Source of the DNA: Raillietiella orientalis
Lineage: Eukaryota
NCBI GenBank assembly: GCA_036172245.1
Contig: JAYWIR010000017.1
Location: 2,232,001-2,296,000, forward strand
Direction: 5' to 3'
Length of the DNA: 64,000 nt
In this document: positions 12,101-27,100 of the stretch, one piece after another
Position numbering within the stretch: the stretch's first letter is position 1
Layout of the letters: every line of letters starts with the position of its first letter
The notes under the pieces: model-generated
The model's input: only the letters and a program-made list of their open reading frames with translations
Told to the model about the DNA's origin: nothing
The model's database searches: none
Program-made: the position numbers and the translations under genes

Positions 12101-15100
12101 TCAATCCTAGGGATTCCCCACACTTTTCCCTTTGGACCAAGGATGCTCAGATGATCGAATTGCCATTAGACGAACAAAACTGCATTTTTTTTTTAAAAAA
12201 AAAAAAATGAATAAATAAATATTTGCTTATTCATCGACATTTCACCTATTCGAGCATTTATTTTATCGTGTACAGGCAGTTCCCGATTTACGTTCCCGAG
12301 TCCCGTTCCTGGAGGTCGTTCGTCATCTGTCTTAGTTTGTTGTGCGTCAAAACAGCCAAGTGTGCACTTTTTGCGCACACGGTGCGATCCTATATGTTGG
12401 CGGTCATTTTTACATATGAAAAGCATTGCATGAACCATCGAATGTGTATTATAACGATACTCCACGAACGTGCAATAAAGTTGAAAAAATACCAAGAGGA
12501 AACAAGATACAATAGTTGATAGTTGATTTTAATTGGAGACAGTTAAACAGAATTACATAATGTATTATGCACATGCGTGTGAATTCAGCTTTGATTTGTC
12601 CACGTTTCCAACAGTGTGCGTTATTTTCACATGCGTGTCACTTTGGACACACGAGGTGGGCGGTTGAACTTCTCTTGAAACGGCTGCGGTTGCTTCGTCC
12701 ACTCTTTTAAAACCAGGATAGATCGGACAGGAGATTGCACGGTTCGTTTCCTTTTTAAAAACGTAAGAAAAAATCGCATCTCAGCGAGTCAGACAAGAGG
12801 CCTCTCTTTCCGCTCCCGCCATTCTCTCCAGATCCTGTTCTTCGAACATCGCCGAATCCCTCCGAAATGAATATGAAGAGCCGCAGCCACGTCCTGCGTC
12901 GTGACTGTCCCGGAAGGATGCGAAATGTCAAGTTCTTCTGATGCTCCTTCTGTCCTTCGATTCGCTTCTAGCGCTGTCGGCTGCTCGTTCCTCAGGATGC
13001 GGCAACTCTCTTGCATCCGCCGGGTCAGGGCCCGTTTGACTGCCCATCTCCACGGCCGCAGATTCCAATGGTTCCCCGAAATCAGTGAAACTCTTCGCGG
13101 ATTGAGGACACGAGTTTTTCCACACACTGTTTCGGTTTGTTTCCTTCACATCCTGTCGTATTGAGTAAGCAAGTTTAGGGCGTCAGCAACCTTACAATTA
13201 TGGTCGCTGTTGCCTGCGTTACGCACATGAAAAAAAATCTTGAAATTGTGGTGTTCGTTGTAGCGAATGTTCGTACATCGAGAACTGCCTGTATTAGGAT
13301 CAAAAAACAAACGAGGGATGGTGTGTTATGCAAAAGCAGAAATTCTCTGCGAAAAATCCTCACATTCCTCTAGAGGAGATCTTAAAGTGTAGCAGCAAAA
13401 TGTACACTTTGGGACCGAGGAGAGAAATTGAACGTGGCGGTTCCCACAATTTCGAGAACGGCCGCATGGGAACGAAGGAGCTACCTGGAAAAAATTATCT
13501 GCATTGCGACTCCGTTCTTGGAGAATTTTCTTGAGAAAAATTTTCGAGGGTTTCAGAGGATTCGGCTGATCCAAATTAAGCCATTGAGGCTGGCCGGTGT
13601 TTGGGAGGGGAGGGAAGAAGTCAGGTATTTCGAGATGCTGCTGCCTCCAAGCGAAAGGCTTAGATGCACAATCCCATAAGTACCATGTGCACAGGGTCAA
13701 TTCTCTTTAGATTCGCTCTTTGTAAATAACCACGCCGTAGTGACCTTGGCTCCTGCATCTGAGCTTTCTTGAGGTCCGTGCTCGCACGCAGCTCTGCAAA
13801 CATGCTCACACCACGAGCGAATTCTGCACAAGTATAGAGTGCTTCTTGAGTGTTCGGTTCAGTCCTCAAGCAGAAAGAACTTTGAACCTGGCGCTTTTCT
13901 TCTATTTTCCAAGAAATCTTCTTATCTTAGATGCGAGCCTATTCTAGTTGGGGATTCTCGTTTACTTCCCCTGCGTAGCTCCCAGCGCGGCGGCCTTAAT
14001 GAAGTTCGTTCCTCTTTGACCGTGATTTTCATCAGCTACTGATTCCAGAGGATGTTTTTTTCCCGAAAAAAATCTTCAGACTTCTGAACGCTGCTGTCGA
14101 AGGTTCCATCTAAAAATGGTCCAACTTGAAATCGTTTCCTTTTCATAGGAAGCATGAATTTTCTTCTCGTTTTTGGATCTCCGGTCTCCTCAGTCTTCGG
14201 TCCTCGGTCCAGATTCTACCGCCACCTCAGCCAAGTTCGATTTGCGTCGAAGATACTCTCAACGTGGATGGATGTTTGGAATCCATTTTGACTGTGTGCA
14301 ATGAGCATCTTCCTTCCGCACTCATCATCGAGCTACGGAGGATTCCTGATTTTCCCGATTCATTCGCCTGGGCAAAACACTCCACAGTTATTCCGATATG
14401 AATCCCTTTCCCCTCCTCCTTCCTCGTATGCAAAGCATCTCGTTCCTTCCTGAGTGTGTTCATTCGGCTGCAGCTTGGCTGACGTGAGTACTCGACGCTT
14501 CCCTTGATCTCAGAGGTTCCGCATCATCACCTGCCTTTAGGGGAAGAGGGTTGCTGAGTTAACTTCTACACTCGCATCCCCACACGGTGCCAACGATCCT
14601 CTTCGCTTCCCCACGGGCGCTCGCGCGCGTACTAAAAATAAACCGCGGCGGCTCGCCACGCAGCCGGGTTCGAACCAACGGGGGCGGCCGCGCGTCCCGT
14701 CGGCGCTGGGGCGCGTCTCTCCCTGACGCCGAGATTCCCGCTGACAGTTTCTGCTTCAAGGGAAGACAGTTCGGGGGCCCACATCCATGGGTCCCGCTGG
14801 AAGCCCCGAGTAGGCCCATCCGAAGGGCGCCGAAAGGTCTGCAGGCTTTTGCTGGCTGTCATTCTCGGCACGGGACGACTGGCGCCGATCCGCGACGGGA
14901 ACGAGCTGTCGCGCGAAACGCGGAGAGGAGCGAAGCGATCGGGTTCGACTCCCGCAGCACGTGAAGAAGAGAATTTATACCCACAAAACAAGATCGCCAC
15001 ATAAGCATATTTTTCCAAGAACCTCTCCAGCATTTTCCTGTTCACAGTTTCTATGCTATCGTCGAGCTCCATGTTGGTGGGCTCCGTGAGCCACTCGAAG

Positions 15101-18100
15101 ATTTCCACCTCGTCCAGAAGATCACCTGCCCCACAATTAGGACCACTTTTTTTCTTTCTTCCGGATTCCTTACCTTCGTATTTCAGGCTCTTCCCTCTTC
15201 TGAAGTATGCCAGTCCGGGAACGGCCTTGAAGCCGTACTTTTTGGCCATGACTTTGTCGCAGATCTTGTAGATGGTTATGCCATACTCCGCTACGTCATC
15301 ATCAATGGTTTCGATATGCTTCAGGACTCGCTCTGATGACTGCTCGCCTTCCTGAACTGAAAGAACACAGACCAAAAAAAAATAAAACAGAATGAAATTC
15401 AAGATGAGTCCAAGCTTGAGGAAGCTCTGGATGCCGAAGACATGAAGCGTTGCGTTCGAGTCGTCACCGCACTACATCTTTCACAGATGAGGTTGGGAGT
15501 CGCAGAAAAATTCTGGCCGCCCAGATCGCGTGTTCCGCAAGTGCTGGGCATTTCCGAACGGGCGTGTGCCTGCTTCGACATCACGATGTGCAGTGCTTCT
15601 AAAAATTTCTGGATGCAAAAGATTTGGACACAGTCGCCGACGTTTATTACACAGCGAGCACTAAGGAGTCTTAATTTTCAGGAAACTCGCAACTGTGTGG
15701 AGACCAAACGGACAAAATAATTCTGCAAAGTCTCGGGATTCTTGCTCTCTTTCTCGCCACGGCCATAAATTCCAAAACCTCTTTGGAAGCTTCAGAGCAT
15801 GGCTGATGTTGGGAGAGTCAGAAAAAAAAAAGGACATCGATCTAGATGTGCCTTTGACACGTTTCGGCAAAGCGCACATTTCTCATGCTCGTTTCCATGT
15901 CTACTGCTTGCACCTAAAATGCTTTTGCCAAATGGTTGCCTTCGAGAGAATCGCAACCATTTTGTTCCAACACCAGCCGCGTCTAACAAGGCTAGAATTC
16001 TCATCCAAGCTAGAACGCTGTCTATAAGAATAATGATCTATTTCAATTTTCTGTGTGAACGCATCACCAAATTTTGATGGAAGAGCGACTATCTTGATCC
16101 ATAGACCACTCGGTCACTTCAGATCCATTGTTTCAGGTCGGTCATTAGCTTCATTCACCAACGAACAGTCTGGTTACATGGAGAACAACTCACCGCTTCT
16201 AGGATCTTCCAGTATCGGTAGCCAATTATAAGCTCATGCTTTTCTGGGAAATCAGTTCAACAACTATCTCTGCCAGCGTCTTCAACTTGTGCTTTCTGCA
16301 ACAAGACCTGTCTCTGAGGGGGTAGCTCTTCCTCAAATGCTCATTTTCTTCCATGGAACTTCATGAGACACCATACAGATGACTCATTTTATTCTTTCTA
16401 GGCGTTCTTCAATGAATTTCATTTACCTGGGACTCTAGAAATTCTTTCACTGTTTCTGAAAGTTTCCTTGGAACCCATTTGTTCAATCTGAGAATCTTCC
16501 ATCAGGGAATTTTCTGTAGAAATAGATCTTCCCCTTAAAAAAACCCAAATTTTCAAGTCGCCTCAAAATGCCGTGAGAATCCACAAGTACCCTTGCTGAA
16601 CATGCAATCTTTCTTACTGTATCTATCTTTTGAGCAAGAACGAACTGAATGTCATGGTGAGGCTTCTCATCACACTCGAGGCACTTGCAGGTCATTAGAT
16701 GAATTTTTGGTTTGCACTTTTTTCTCTATCACAGATCGACTAATCAGAATAAGTTGATTAGTCGACTAATCGACTAATCAACTTATTCTACTGGAGTCCA
16801 ATATCAAGGAGCTGTTCTTCTTTTCCGTAGTTTTCACTCGATGCATCTTATCCCTGGAATTTCTTGTTCTCAACTTAGGTTAGACAGGATCTACTGAAGA
16901 CAGCCTTCTTCATTCCAGACGTGTGCTTAACACGGCATCCATCCTGAGGACTAAAACTGCAGAATTCCTCTCCGTTAGCAAGATTTTGTTTTTCTGATCT
17001 GCACCTTTTGATGGAAAACTTTTGAGGTAGAGTAAATTGATGTCTCTATCCTTCCTCACCATCTTATCGAAGGATGAAATCCGCTGATGTTAATTGAGGC
17101 TCTAAACAGCACACGCGAAGTACCTTGGCCTTTTCAGAAACCAAGCTACTATCTAAACTCCAACTGGCTAGCAACCGAATCTCCATTCTCAGGGGGCAAG
17201 AGAACATCAGAAAATAGAATCCCCTATTTTCCTGATCTTCTCTGACCTTTCCCGCATCTACTAGTAGCTTCACACTTTATCGGGCGCCCATCTGAGCAAG
17301 GTTAAAGCCAAGCTTCTTAGTTATCCACTTCCCTTGTGAATACCATGCTGCAGGCTGGCTCAAATCTTCGATGAGCTCAAGCATCCCCAAGTGGGGAATT
17401 CTATGCTTGCTAAACCGATCTAGCGTTCCAAGCTTGTTCCTATTGACCGAGCTAGGTTGTTAGGTCTACCCGTTCCCTATAGACCGAACTGGGGTGCTAG
17501 TTCGACTCGTACCCTAGGCTATGTATCTGGACAGTGTACTGTCTGGACAAACAACACAAGTTAAAAGGAATAAATCTAATGAAGTTCGCGATTTCCATCT
17601 CACGCTAATGGAAACGCAGGTGAATTCATAAAGCGAGAGGACGAATGGGGTTTTCGTTTTTCTTTCTTAAAAAAGTATAAAGATACTTCGTCCAGAACAC
17701 CATTCGAGTCTGCTCAGGGATTCTTCACTGGAAATTTTAAAGCTGGAGAGCTTCCACGAAACTTCAGATTTTCAAGGAAGACAGAACCAGAGAGAAATTG
17801 TGATCAGGAAAACAAAAAACTTTGCCTCACTTTTGCTAAAAGAGATAGAACTTGACCCTAATTATTATTTGAAGCATTTGGTTAATATGATTTAAGCATC
17901 TTCAGCTATCCGAGCAACCTATTTAATCGAAAAGCGAGGAACACTTGGATGAAACGAAGAAAAGGACATGCAAAAAACAGTGCTCGTCGCGGTGTAGAGA
18001 TGGACCATATGGTAGAAAATAAAAGGGTCAGGGTGATTGATCTCGCATTTGCTGTGAAGCGCCATTTCGAGACCTCATTGGAACTCATGAGAAGAGAAGG

Positions 18101-21100
18101 AGAATTCCACTGGAACTGAGGAGGCTGGAAAGTTCTCAGTGGAGCACGAGAAAAATTGAATTTTCTTTCAATCCTTTGATTTGCACTTGACCTCGTTTCT
18201 TTTCTTCAAGTGACCTTGGGCGTTATCCGAGAAATCCTTGCGCTTAGCCGCATTCAGCATTTTTCATGAGTCAAGGATGTATCACGAATGAAATAAACAA
18301 AATCAACAAAGGTCCTTTTCTGTTTTCTCATGTCGTGGACTTCGAGGTCCTTCAAGTCCAGACCTTCATAGCTCAGGAATCTTCAGGAGATTTTGAAAAT
18401 CTGGAGGCGATTTCTGTTTTTTTCTATAAGGAGTACAGAACGCTTGAATCCTTGTTGCCACTACACTGAAGAGAAACAATCGAGAAATTGGTTCTCTCCC
18501 ATCCTTTGGCGAAGTCCGTCTTCGATTTGTATCCGCATCTGTGCGTAAGACATCCCTTGAGAATAGCTCGGGCGCAGCCTCGGTTCGCAAAGATTGCTCC
18601 GGAATTTTTCTGATCGCAGGCAGATTGTGGATGGCTTCGGCAGATTATGTGAGACACAAGGACCACATTGAGAAGAGTAAGATGGACTTGTTCTTTCAGG
18701 GCTGATTTTGAAGCTCTTGCGGCAACCTCTTCCATCTTAGAATCCCAGGAAGTTTTAAAAACCCTAAAGCATGTTTCGGTTCCAGGAAAACTTTCGTCGC
18801 CAGAGATTCGAGCCAATAATTGGACACGAATAGGGAGGAGGCGGAACGAAAGCAGGAACCAACTATCAACAGATGAGGGGAGCTGGATGCACCAAACAGG
18901 GATAGAACGAGCTCATCCCTGGAAAGAAACTCGAAAGTGCAACCAGGTGGAAGTAATCTGCAGCGCGGCTGCCTCCGGAAACTGCACATCTCCGATCAGT
19001 ACCGTCCACACAGCCAGCAACGTAAGTCCACACAGGCCGCGAACATGCTAGCTGGGGGCAGCTCACAGCAGCATGGCCGTGTGAATCGTGGATTCCACGC
19101 GAGCGGCAGCATCTTCGTTCGCATCCGTGAGCTCGGTACGAGGAGCAGCGCGCTTTCAAGTTCACTAGGGCAGACCCAGGAAACAGCGGAACCTGAGCAA
19201 ACCTCCAAGGGGAGAATCGCGGTGCTCGGTGCATCGAAGCACTTCCATCCAGCAGCCCGGCGGGAAGTCATCTCTCGCGTGTGGAGCGCGCGAACTACGC
19301 GTGCAGAACGAAAACCACCTCACCGGTTCGCGCGAATCTTCGCGGCCAGTCTTTCGGATTCTGTTCTTCCCATTCTGTCTCTCCTCCTTCCAATGTCGAC
19401 CAACTCACAGGAGGGAGGAGATCCCATGTCTCCTGCATCACCTCCCAGGATCGAAGAAGCAAAGAGGAACGCGAAAATGGAAAAAGAGACCTGGGAAGTC
19501 GAGATACCGATTACAGGTGAACGGCACAACGTGCTTTCTGTGAGGGCACTTCGGGAAAACTCCATTCCAAACCGGTGGAGCTTCCCCAAATTATGGATTC
19601 TGAGGTGCTGCACTGCACTTTAGAGCTGTTAGGACGAACAGAATTGGCAACAGGCAGTGGGCATCATTGTGCACATGACCTAATCTGATAGGGTTCATGA
19701 CATTTGGGGGAATTCATTAAAGATGTGTTTTTAGTGATGCAGGCATCTGTTCGAATCAGAAAGTGATCAACAATGAAGGCCCTATCTGAATGATACAATG
19801 AGGCTGTAGGAATCAAGTCAGCAGTGGCAGTGTAGGATTCTGGAGGGATGTCTTAGTTACGGTAGAATTTGACAGAACTGTTACTTTTCATTCCCGAATG
19901 GCTTTGATCCAATTCCAGCATTTTCATTTTGGACGAAATTGTCCCTGGTCAAACTGGGAACACATGTTAGATAAGCTGTTTGCCTCAGAAGGCACTTCAC
20001 AGAATCTTGTCTGGCTACTGCATCCAAATGCAAAATTTTAGCATTACAGGACTGTATTGCTGCAAGAATCAGCGCAACGTTTCCGGGATGTATCTTCAAA
20101 TATGATTATTCTTCCCAGAAGACCTTCCATGACATTATCTTTGGAAGAACCAGTTGGATGCAGTAGATCAATTTCTTGACTCTTTCCCCGCTTGTCCATC
20201 CCTGTGCTAGTAAATGCCACAAGCCTCTCAAAACCGGAGCTCATTTTGCCGCTGATCAAGTGTGCAGGGGCCAGATTGCAGCATCGAACCTTCCGACCTT
20301 GTTCTTCAGCAACAAGCATGAATGAGCAAGAAAAAGGAGGAAAAAAAACGTCAGTTGATGTTCGGGTGGGCTTTCGAAGTTCCCGAAAACTCTAATTTGA
20401 GGGCATTTCAGCTTGGAAACTCCGGAACAAGGGAAGGAGACAAAGAGTTTCCAGGAAGCATTCTAAAATTTGAAGAAAATACGCAAAAAGTGGAATTTTG
20501 GAAGGAAGAGAAAACTGAATTGGAGAAGTCACGCTCAACGGAGCACATTAGGAAATTTCTTGAATTGCGTTTGCTCGGACTTTCTGAAGCTTCTTCCCGT
20601 TTTTTTTATCTGGAGATGTATCGTGGCTGCCAAACGTACAAAGCCTGCAGTCTCCAAATGCATGGTGATGCAATTCGAGCTTCAAGCATCCCTGATAATT
20701 GGGAGCTCCTGAAGCACTACGGTGTTTCTTTGAATCAAGGGATCTGTTTGCTTAGAGATCTGGAGAGGACTCTTGCGCGTGAAGAGCAAAGCACACTGGG
20801 ATGAAAAATTTGCAAAACGTCGTTTTTGTCTGGAAGCACAGTATTACGGGAAAAACTGCTCCCAAACGGAATTTAGCATCAGTATCTGTATAAAGAACAC
20901 GAAAGGATAAAAATAGGTGCTCGCTTGCCTATTCAGGGGGTAAAGGAACATCATCGGAATGCAGATATGGTGCAGGGTTTTCAAACTTGAAAACCTCATA
21001 GGTGAAAGCCGAAAGAGACACGATCTGTGCTGATTCCGGACTGATATTCTAGACCGCGATCTCAGTCTCCAAGGAATGCAACAGAAAAATGAAAATAAAG

Positions 21101-24100
21101 TGTTGCTTGATGTGCATCACAGTACGCTAAGAGGACCACAAAGCCCTTTCGGGAATGCAAAAAAAACGAAAAAACAAAAAGCAGAGCACAGCATCAGAGT
21201 ATAAACACTGGGGATCGAAGAGTGAAGTTCAAGAACTTCGAAGACAAACGGAAGCAGGGAATCCGCCGCACAGCAGCATTCGACCCGGAAAAAGGGATGA
21301 CTGAAGACAATCAGAAGACGTTTGACGGCGAAGCTTCAAGCAGTCGGTTTCTCAGAGACGGAAAATCAGGAGATGCAAGAGGAAGCTGACCACACAGTTT
21401 ATCAGCACGAGCACCTAGATAAAGATGTGACCTGGATGCCCGATGACTGAAGTCGAAGACAAGTGGTGTGCTGTGAAGCACGGAACCATGAAACATACAG
21501 ACACGTTACCAATGGATTCCCCTTGCGGAATTCAGTGCAAGAACCAGATTCTGGACTTTGAATACCAAGTAAATTAGTGGTTGGTGATTGAAGTTTGGTA
21601 AGTACAAACTGCTCATTACGGAATGCCCACATTTAATTGCATGTATGAATACCGTGGATAACGAATTGGGGCACGGGACCGTAAACGTGATAGAGTTTTC
21701 CAAGACAAGCCAGAAGAAACCTTCACTCTTCCAGATCAGGCTCACAGAAAAAAATGCTTTCGTCCTTGCTTTTCGCTTATCGGGAGTTTCCAGATTATGT
21801 TTCTTAGGTTCCACTTCAAGAATTAATAGGCATTGATTCATCTTTGTAAGCGCATCTCTCTTTATGTCTCTCTTGACCTGGAAGTAACCACTTTTGTTTA
21901 CAACTAAGCACCCGTTGTAAACAAAAGGGGTATTTGAGACCAAAGCTGTAAACAGTTTCAAACAGCTCCATTCTCAACATCTGGATTCGAAGATTCCTTT
22001 TTTTTTACTCTCCTTCGAGTTTGCTCACAGCAGAAGGAAACTTCCAGGAGGAGAGAAAACACTGCTGCTCGAGGCAGATTCCCTCAGGAACGAGTACGCA
22101 GTCACGCACCCCTTAGGTTCAATTGAGAACACTTAGGTACTATAGCCCGAGCGACTTGACACGGATCCGTCTGGAGGCAAGCTTTGCGGCGAAACTTAGA
22201 TGCTTGAGGGTTTTCAAGGGGACCACCCTCGTAGATACGATAGTTGAAATCGCATCCTGTTTCTTCCTGCTGGAAGGTATTGAGTGGCTATCGTTCCACT
22301 CCTGACCTTCAATGGCGGCCTCCGGTGGAGTCAATCAGCGAGGGTCCTCGCAATGGGTACCCAAGAGGGTCCTCGCTAGTACAGAGTGAGCGACATGAAA
22401 ACGAGTTGGGCTTTGCAGAGAAACGCTGCGGGGCTCGATGCAGGCGCGTTTTAAGTGGCTCAGCCTGAGGAATTTCTTGAGTGCATTCACACTGCAGAGA
22501 CACCTTGCGTAAAAGCTCGTTTCGAAGACCGTCGGTACAAGACAAAGAATGAAGGATTCAGGTACTCGTAACCATCACCACAGATCATGCCTTCCTCCTT
22601 CCAAGAGAATACGCGCTTTAATTGGCACCAGCAACTTTAAAAATTCTTGCATCGTATTCAGCATTCTTGCATCGGCAAAGCATGCAAGAAGCTTACCTCT
22701 TGCAAGAAAGCTGCAAGCAGCACACACGCACACACATACACGGGCGCACATCGTTCTCATGAAGCACTGCGGACGCCAGGCAGAGAATTTGCATTCAGAG
22801 GAACTGCGGAATCGACTTTTGGTTCTTCTTCTTCGTTTCGGATTACGGTGCAGCAAATGCGCTTCCAAATCCACACTTACAGAAAACCACAGCAAAGTAG
22901 TCCTTCTCGTTCACCAGCCTTGTCAGCATAGCACGATCGATGCTCTCGATGGAGTCGGATTGTTTAGGATAAAGGATCCATTCCAAGAGGTCGTCTTCGT
23001 TGAAAGAGTCGCCTGGAAAAAGCGGAACATTTCGGTGCAACGGTAGCAGAGGGATGACGTACCTTCGTAGATGGTGAGTGACCCGTCCTGCAAAAAGGCG
23101 ATCGTGGGTAAGCTGTCTATCCGGAACTTCCTGATTATCATCTGGTTGGAGGTGTGCAGTATCTCGATCTCGTTCTGCCTCGCTTCTTCTGCTATGTCGT
23201 CCAAAGCTTCCATGATCGAGTTCCACTCCTTGTAGGCGCTGTCATCTTATGTGCCAGCTACGTGTTAGAGAGGAATGCAGGTAGCGACATCTTTCTTACG
23301 GAAGAAGATCACAGCTTTCTGCACTTTGTTGACTTCCGATACGGAATGTAGCTCTTTTATCAGAAAGGTGTTGTCATGAGTTTTCAGGTGGAGTATCCAC
23401 TTCAAGATCGTTTGCTCGTCCAGCAGGTCACCTGTGAAAAAAAAATGCAAGGGCCTGAGGTGAGCCTAAGAAAACTTGGACACTCAGCAACATGAAAAAA
23501 AGACTTTCCTGCTCTTTTATCGCGTTCCGAAAAGGGGTCTGGTTTCTACGGGTGTTCGGAATCTTTGGGAGAAACCGAACCTAAACGGTTCCCGCAGGAG
23601 TGGTGATTGCACATGCGCGACTTGCCTTCGTACACTTGCGGCTCCTGCTTCCTCTTGAAGTACACCAGAGCGGGCAAAGTGTCCAGCTCGTAATCTTGTT
23701 TCAGGAGCTCGTCGGAGGTCTTCACGAACTCGATCTGCTCGCTGTCACACTCGTCGTCAATGTTCTCCAGCTTATTGAGTATTCTGTGGCTGTTTGGATC
23801 GTTCCGTTCATCTGCATCGGGAGATGGGAAGTTATTGGATCATACACTCTGATTTCACGAAATGGGAGACTTACAGAAAAAAACCACAAGGTCATTCGCG
23901 TATTTTATCTTTTTCTGTAGTCTTTTCCTGTTTACACTCTCGATTCTGTCCTCTACCATGAGATTTCTATCATCTGTGAGCCAAACGAGAATTTCGTCTT
24001 CGTCCAACAGGTCTCCTGAACAGAAAGATGTATGGCGTAAGACAACTCAGTTCTTTGGGAGTTCTCAGTTACCGGTAAAATGCAATGGATCCTGATTTCG

Positions 24101-27100
24101 GAAAAGCAGCAGAGCTGGGAAGTTCTTCACGTTCATCTTCTTGGCGAAATGCGTCTTGCTCGTGCTCACGAGAAGAATTTCGTGGTCGTCGAGTTCATCA
24201 TCAATGGTTTCCAGGTTGCGTGCGATCTTCTGACACACGCTATCCTGATGGCAATTCTGCCCACCTGGACATTTCATGAAGAATCAAAAAAGGAGTGCCG
24301 TTTGGGTTCTGGTGTCAGCTTCGGAAACTATTTCTGTATGTAGCATTACGATTAGAGGCTTGCGAGAATCTTAGATGTATGCAGGGAAAAGAGGATCGCT
24401 ATGTTTCTGTTGCAATGCTTTTAGAATATCTTCGATTAATTAGATTCGGCACTCAGGTACTGATTTTGCCAGGAGGTTACTTCGAAAAAATAAAAATAAA
24501 AATAATGCAAATCTTACGGAAAAATACGGCCACGTATTCGTGTTCGTGGATGATTTTCTCTAACATCTCGTCCGTCACTTCTTCTATCGTGGGGTTCTGC
24601 TTCTGGTAGATGAGCCATTCTAAAACCGTCTCCTCTTCACTCAAATCCCCTAAATATAAAGACCAATTAAGGGCGATCACGAAGCCTCAGCTTGCCTTCG
24701 TAAATGGAGGGGACCCCGTGTTCGTAGTAGACAAGAGCTGGAGTGACGGACAGCCCTAGTTTCCTGGCTTCCGGAACGCTGTCGACCATTACAAACACGA
24801 TCCCATGCTGGTCACATTCGTCGTCAATGTTTTCGAGCTCCTTCAGCACAAGCAAATCATTCTTGTTGCTTTCATCCACTAGAGAATAGAAAATTCTATT
24901 GAAAAATTTCACAAAGTGCTCTGTCTGTTTTCCAAAAAAAATTAGAAAATAAGAGGTTCCTTGGAATTCCACAAGAGATTCAACGAACTTTAGAAAGATA
25001 ATATCTCGAAATTGCAGCGAATAAAAAAAAACTAAAGTCATCTCGCTTTATAAGACAAAGAACTAGATCTTTCTTACTGAAGAGTGCTGCAACGTAAGGG
25101 AATCTATGGATTAGTTTCTGGAGCATCGCAGCGTTTATTTCCTCGATTTCATCCTTTTGAGTTTGAGCAACCAGCCATCGGAGAATTTCTTCCTCGTCCT
25201 CAAGGTCACCTGCAAACACATACGGTAAAAGCGCCTGGAGTTGCATTCCAATCAATGTTGGAGAGCTTTCAACATAATTCCGAGAAAAACTGGGCGTGCA
25301 TAGACCGGCATTCCCAGGATATGATCACAGAGGAGCCGCTAAAGGATTCCATAAAGTGCAACCTTGGTCTCTCAAATTGCTATCCTGTCAGCACGCGTGT
25401 CTGCTGGAAGGTGCGGACCTGCAGTTCGTTCATCCAAGGATCCTGTACGAGACCCGGAAGCACGATGGCGCAGGACACTGGGGCATTTCCTGTTATTCAG
25501 AAACGCGGCGTTTTCGATAGCGTTTGAAATGTAACGTTGCCACGCGTAGTCCTCACTGGAAAGTGGGCCAAGCGAGAGAATCTCTCGTTTGATTCGACTT
25601 CATCTGTTCCTCCTACGGGGAAAGGCAAAGATCCCCCCTCACATTCCTTTGTTTGAGAAGAACTGCAAACGCCACTTGGCCAGTGCCACTACAAATAAAA
25701 CTCAACCACATTCTGCCACGCAGGAAGCATCAATTCTGCTGAATTCGTTGGCGTCCGATTCAGAAACGACCACTTTCTATTGCTTCTACCTTGATGCAAA
25801 AGAGAAGTCGGTGCATCTCTTTTCCGATGCTGGTCTCCCCATCGCTACTCATTTCGATTAACCCACGCAGCAAAAGATGAGCAGTGTCATGAAGGTCCTC
25901 TGCTCCAACCAATCTCTCTCCCCCTTGCCTCAGATACTCCTGCCAGGACATCTGCTGCAAGAATCCTACAGCAGGGCGACGGGCGATACGCTTTCCAAGA
26001 CTTCGTTGCTCAACTGTCCCTCCTGAAGAAACTTTACGATTCGCCCCTGTGTCAATGCAGAATGCACACCCATCCACCCGATTCGAGAGCAACAGGCGTA
26101 GCTCACTTCTGCTCCTTTTTGTGCCATAACTTCATTGCCGCTCTCTATGCGTTCCTTATTGGAAAGAGGAATCGCTTTTCAAGGAACGAAACCACTATGC
26201 AAGGACTCGAAAGAGATAGCGCCCAGTCACGAAAGTCTCCGAAAGTTGCCCGATTTCCCATTGTCCATTATTATGCTGCAGTACCGAATTCTACTCTACT
26301 GACACGAATTCGAGTATTGGAAATACCCACGGTGTCAACTCTTGCGCATCGCAGGTACTCAGATGAAAGAACTTACCGTGGCCTATCACCGGAGTCGATG
26401 GTGCTACAAGAAACCAACTGGAAACCAACAGCAACCACCAACTGGAAGTCCAGTTGGGAAGTTCCTGGGCGCAACAGGCGTTCAAGGGCGGATTTATAAC
26501 GAGCAACACAATTTACAACGGTCAGAAAACCAAACAAACAACAGTTCCAGAAGCAGAGAAGATGAAAATCATGCAGGAAGGTTGACCACCACAAGCCCTA
26601 CTCAGCACACCTTCGAACTGCGTGTCGGTGGTAGCGTCCAAAATGGCAACTCTACGGATGAAACCATTTTGCTTCAGATAGTCCTGTTGGATGGAGACAA
26701 TTCCAAATGAGATCAGCTTGAGTCCGTTCCCCCTTTTCTGGAGCAGCGCCCCAAGGCAAAGAACCTTATACTTGCCTACGGAATTCCAGTTTTTCCAGAT
26801 GCAGTGGGATTTCGGTTGGGGCAGCTGTCTTTGAAATGCTGCTTCCGGCATCATTCGAATCATTTATTCGTGAAAGAAAGTTCAGATATGTTGTTCCTGC
26901 GGACAAACAGCTAAGTGGGTGTTCATCTAGAGCTCGGACGACGTTTGGGGAAGACGGGAATTGGAGTGGACACGCGTACTGATCCAAAACGATGAAGAGC
27001 ACCTCAAGCGATCGCTATGCTCTCGATGCACTTGTTCTTCTTTACTCGGTGGTTCAAAATACTGAACACGACGCCAGGTGGGTGTGCGTACCCTAACATC

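Noticed and set aside
21506..21961. ORF segment LKLFTALVSNTPFVYNG resembling a Penelope-type reverse transcriptase motif
   Set aside because: The downstream GxxMGS and YxDD motifs are missing; it cannot be distinguished from chance.
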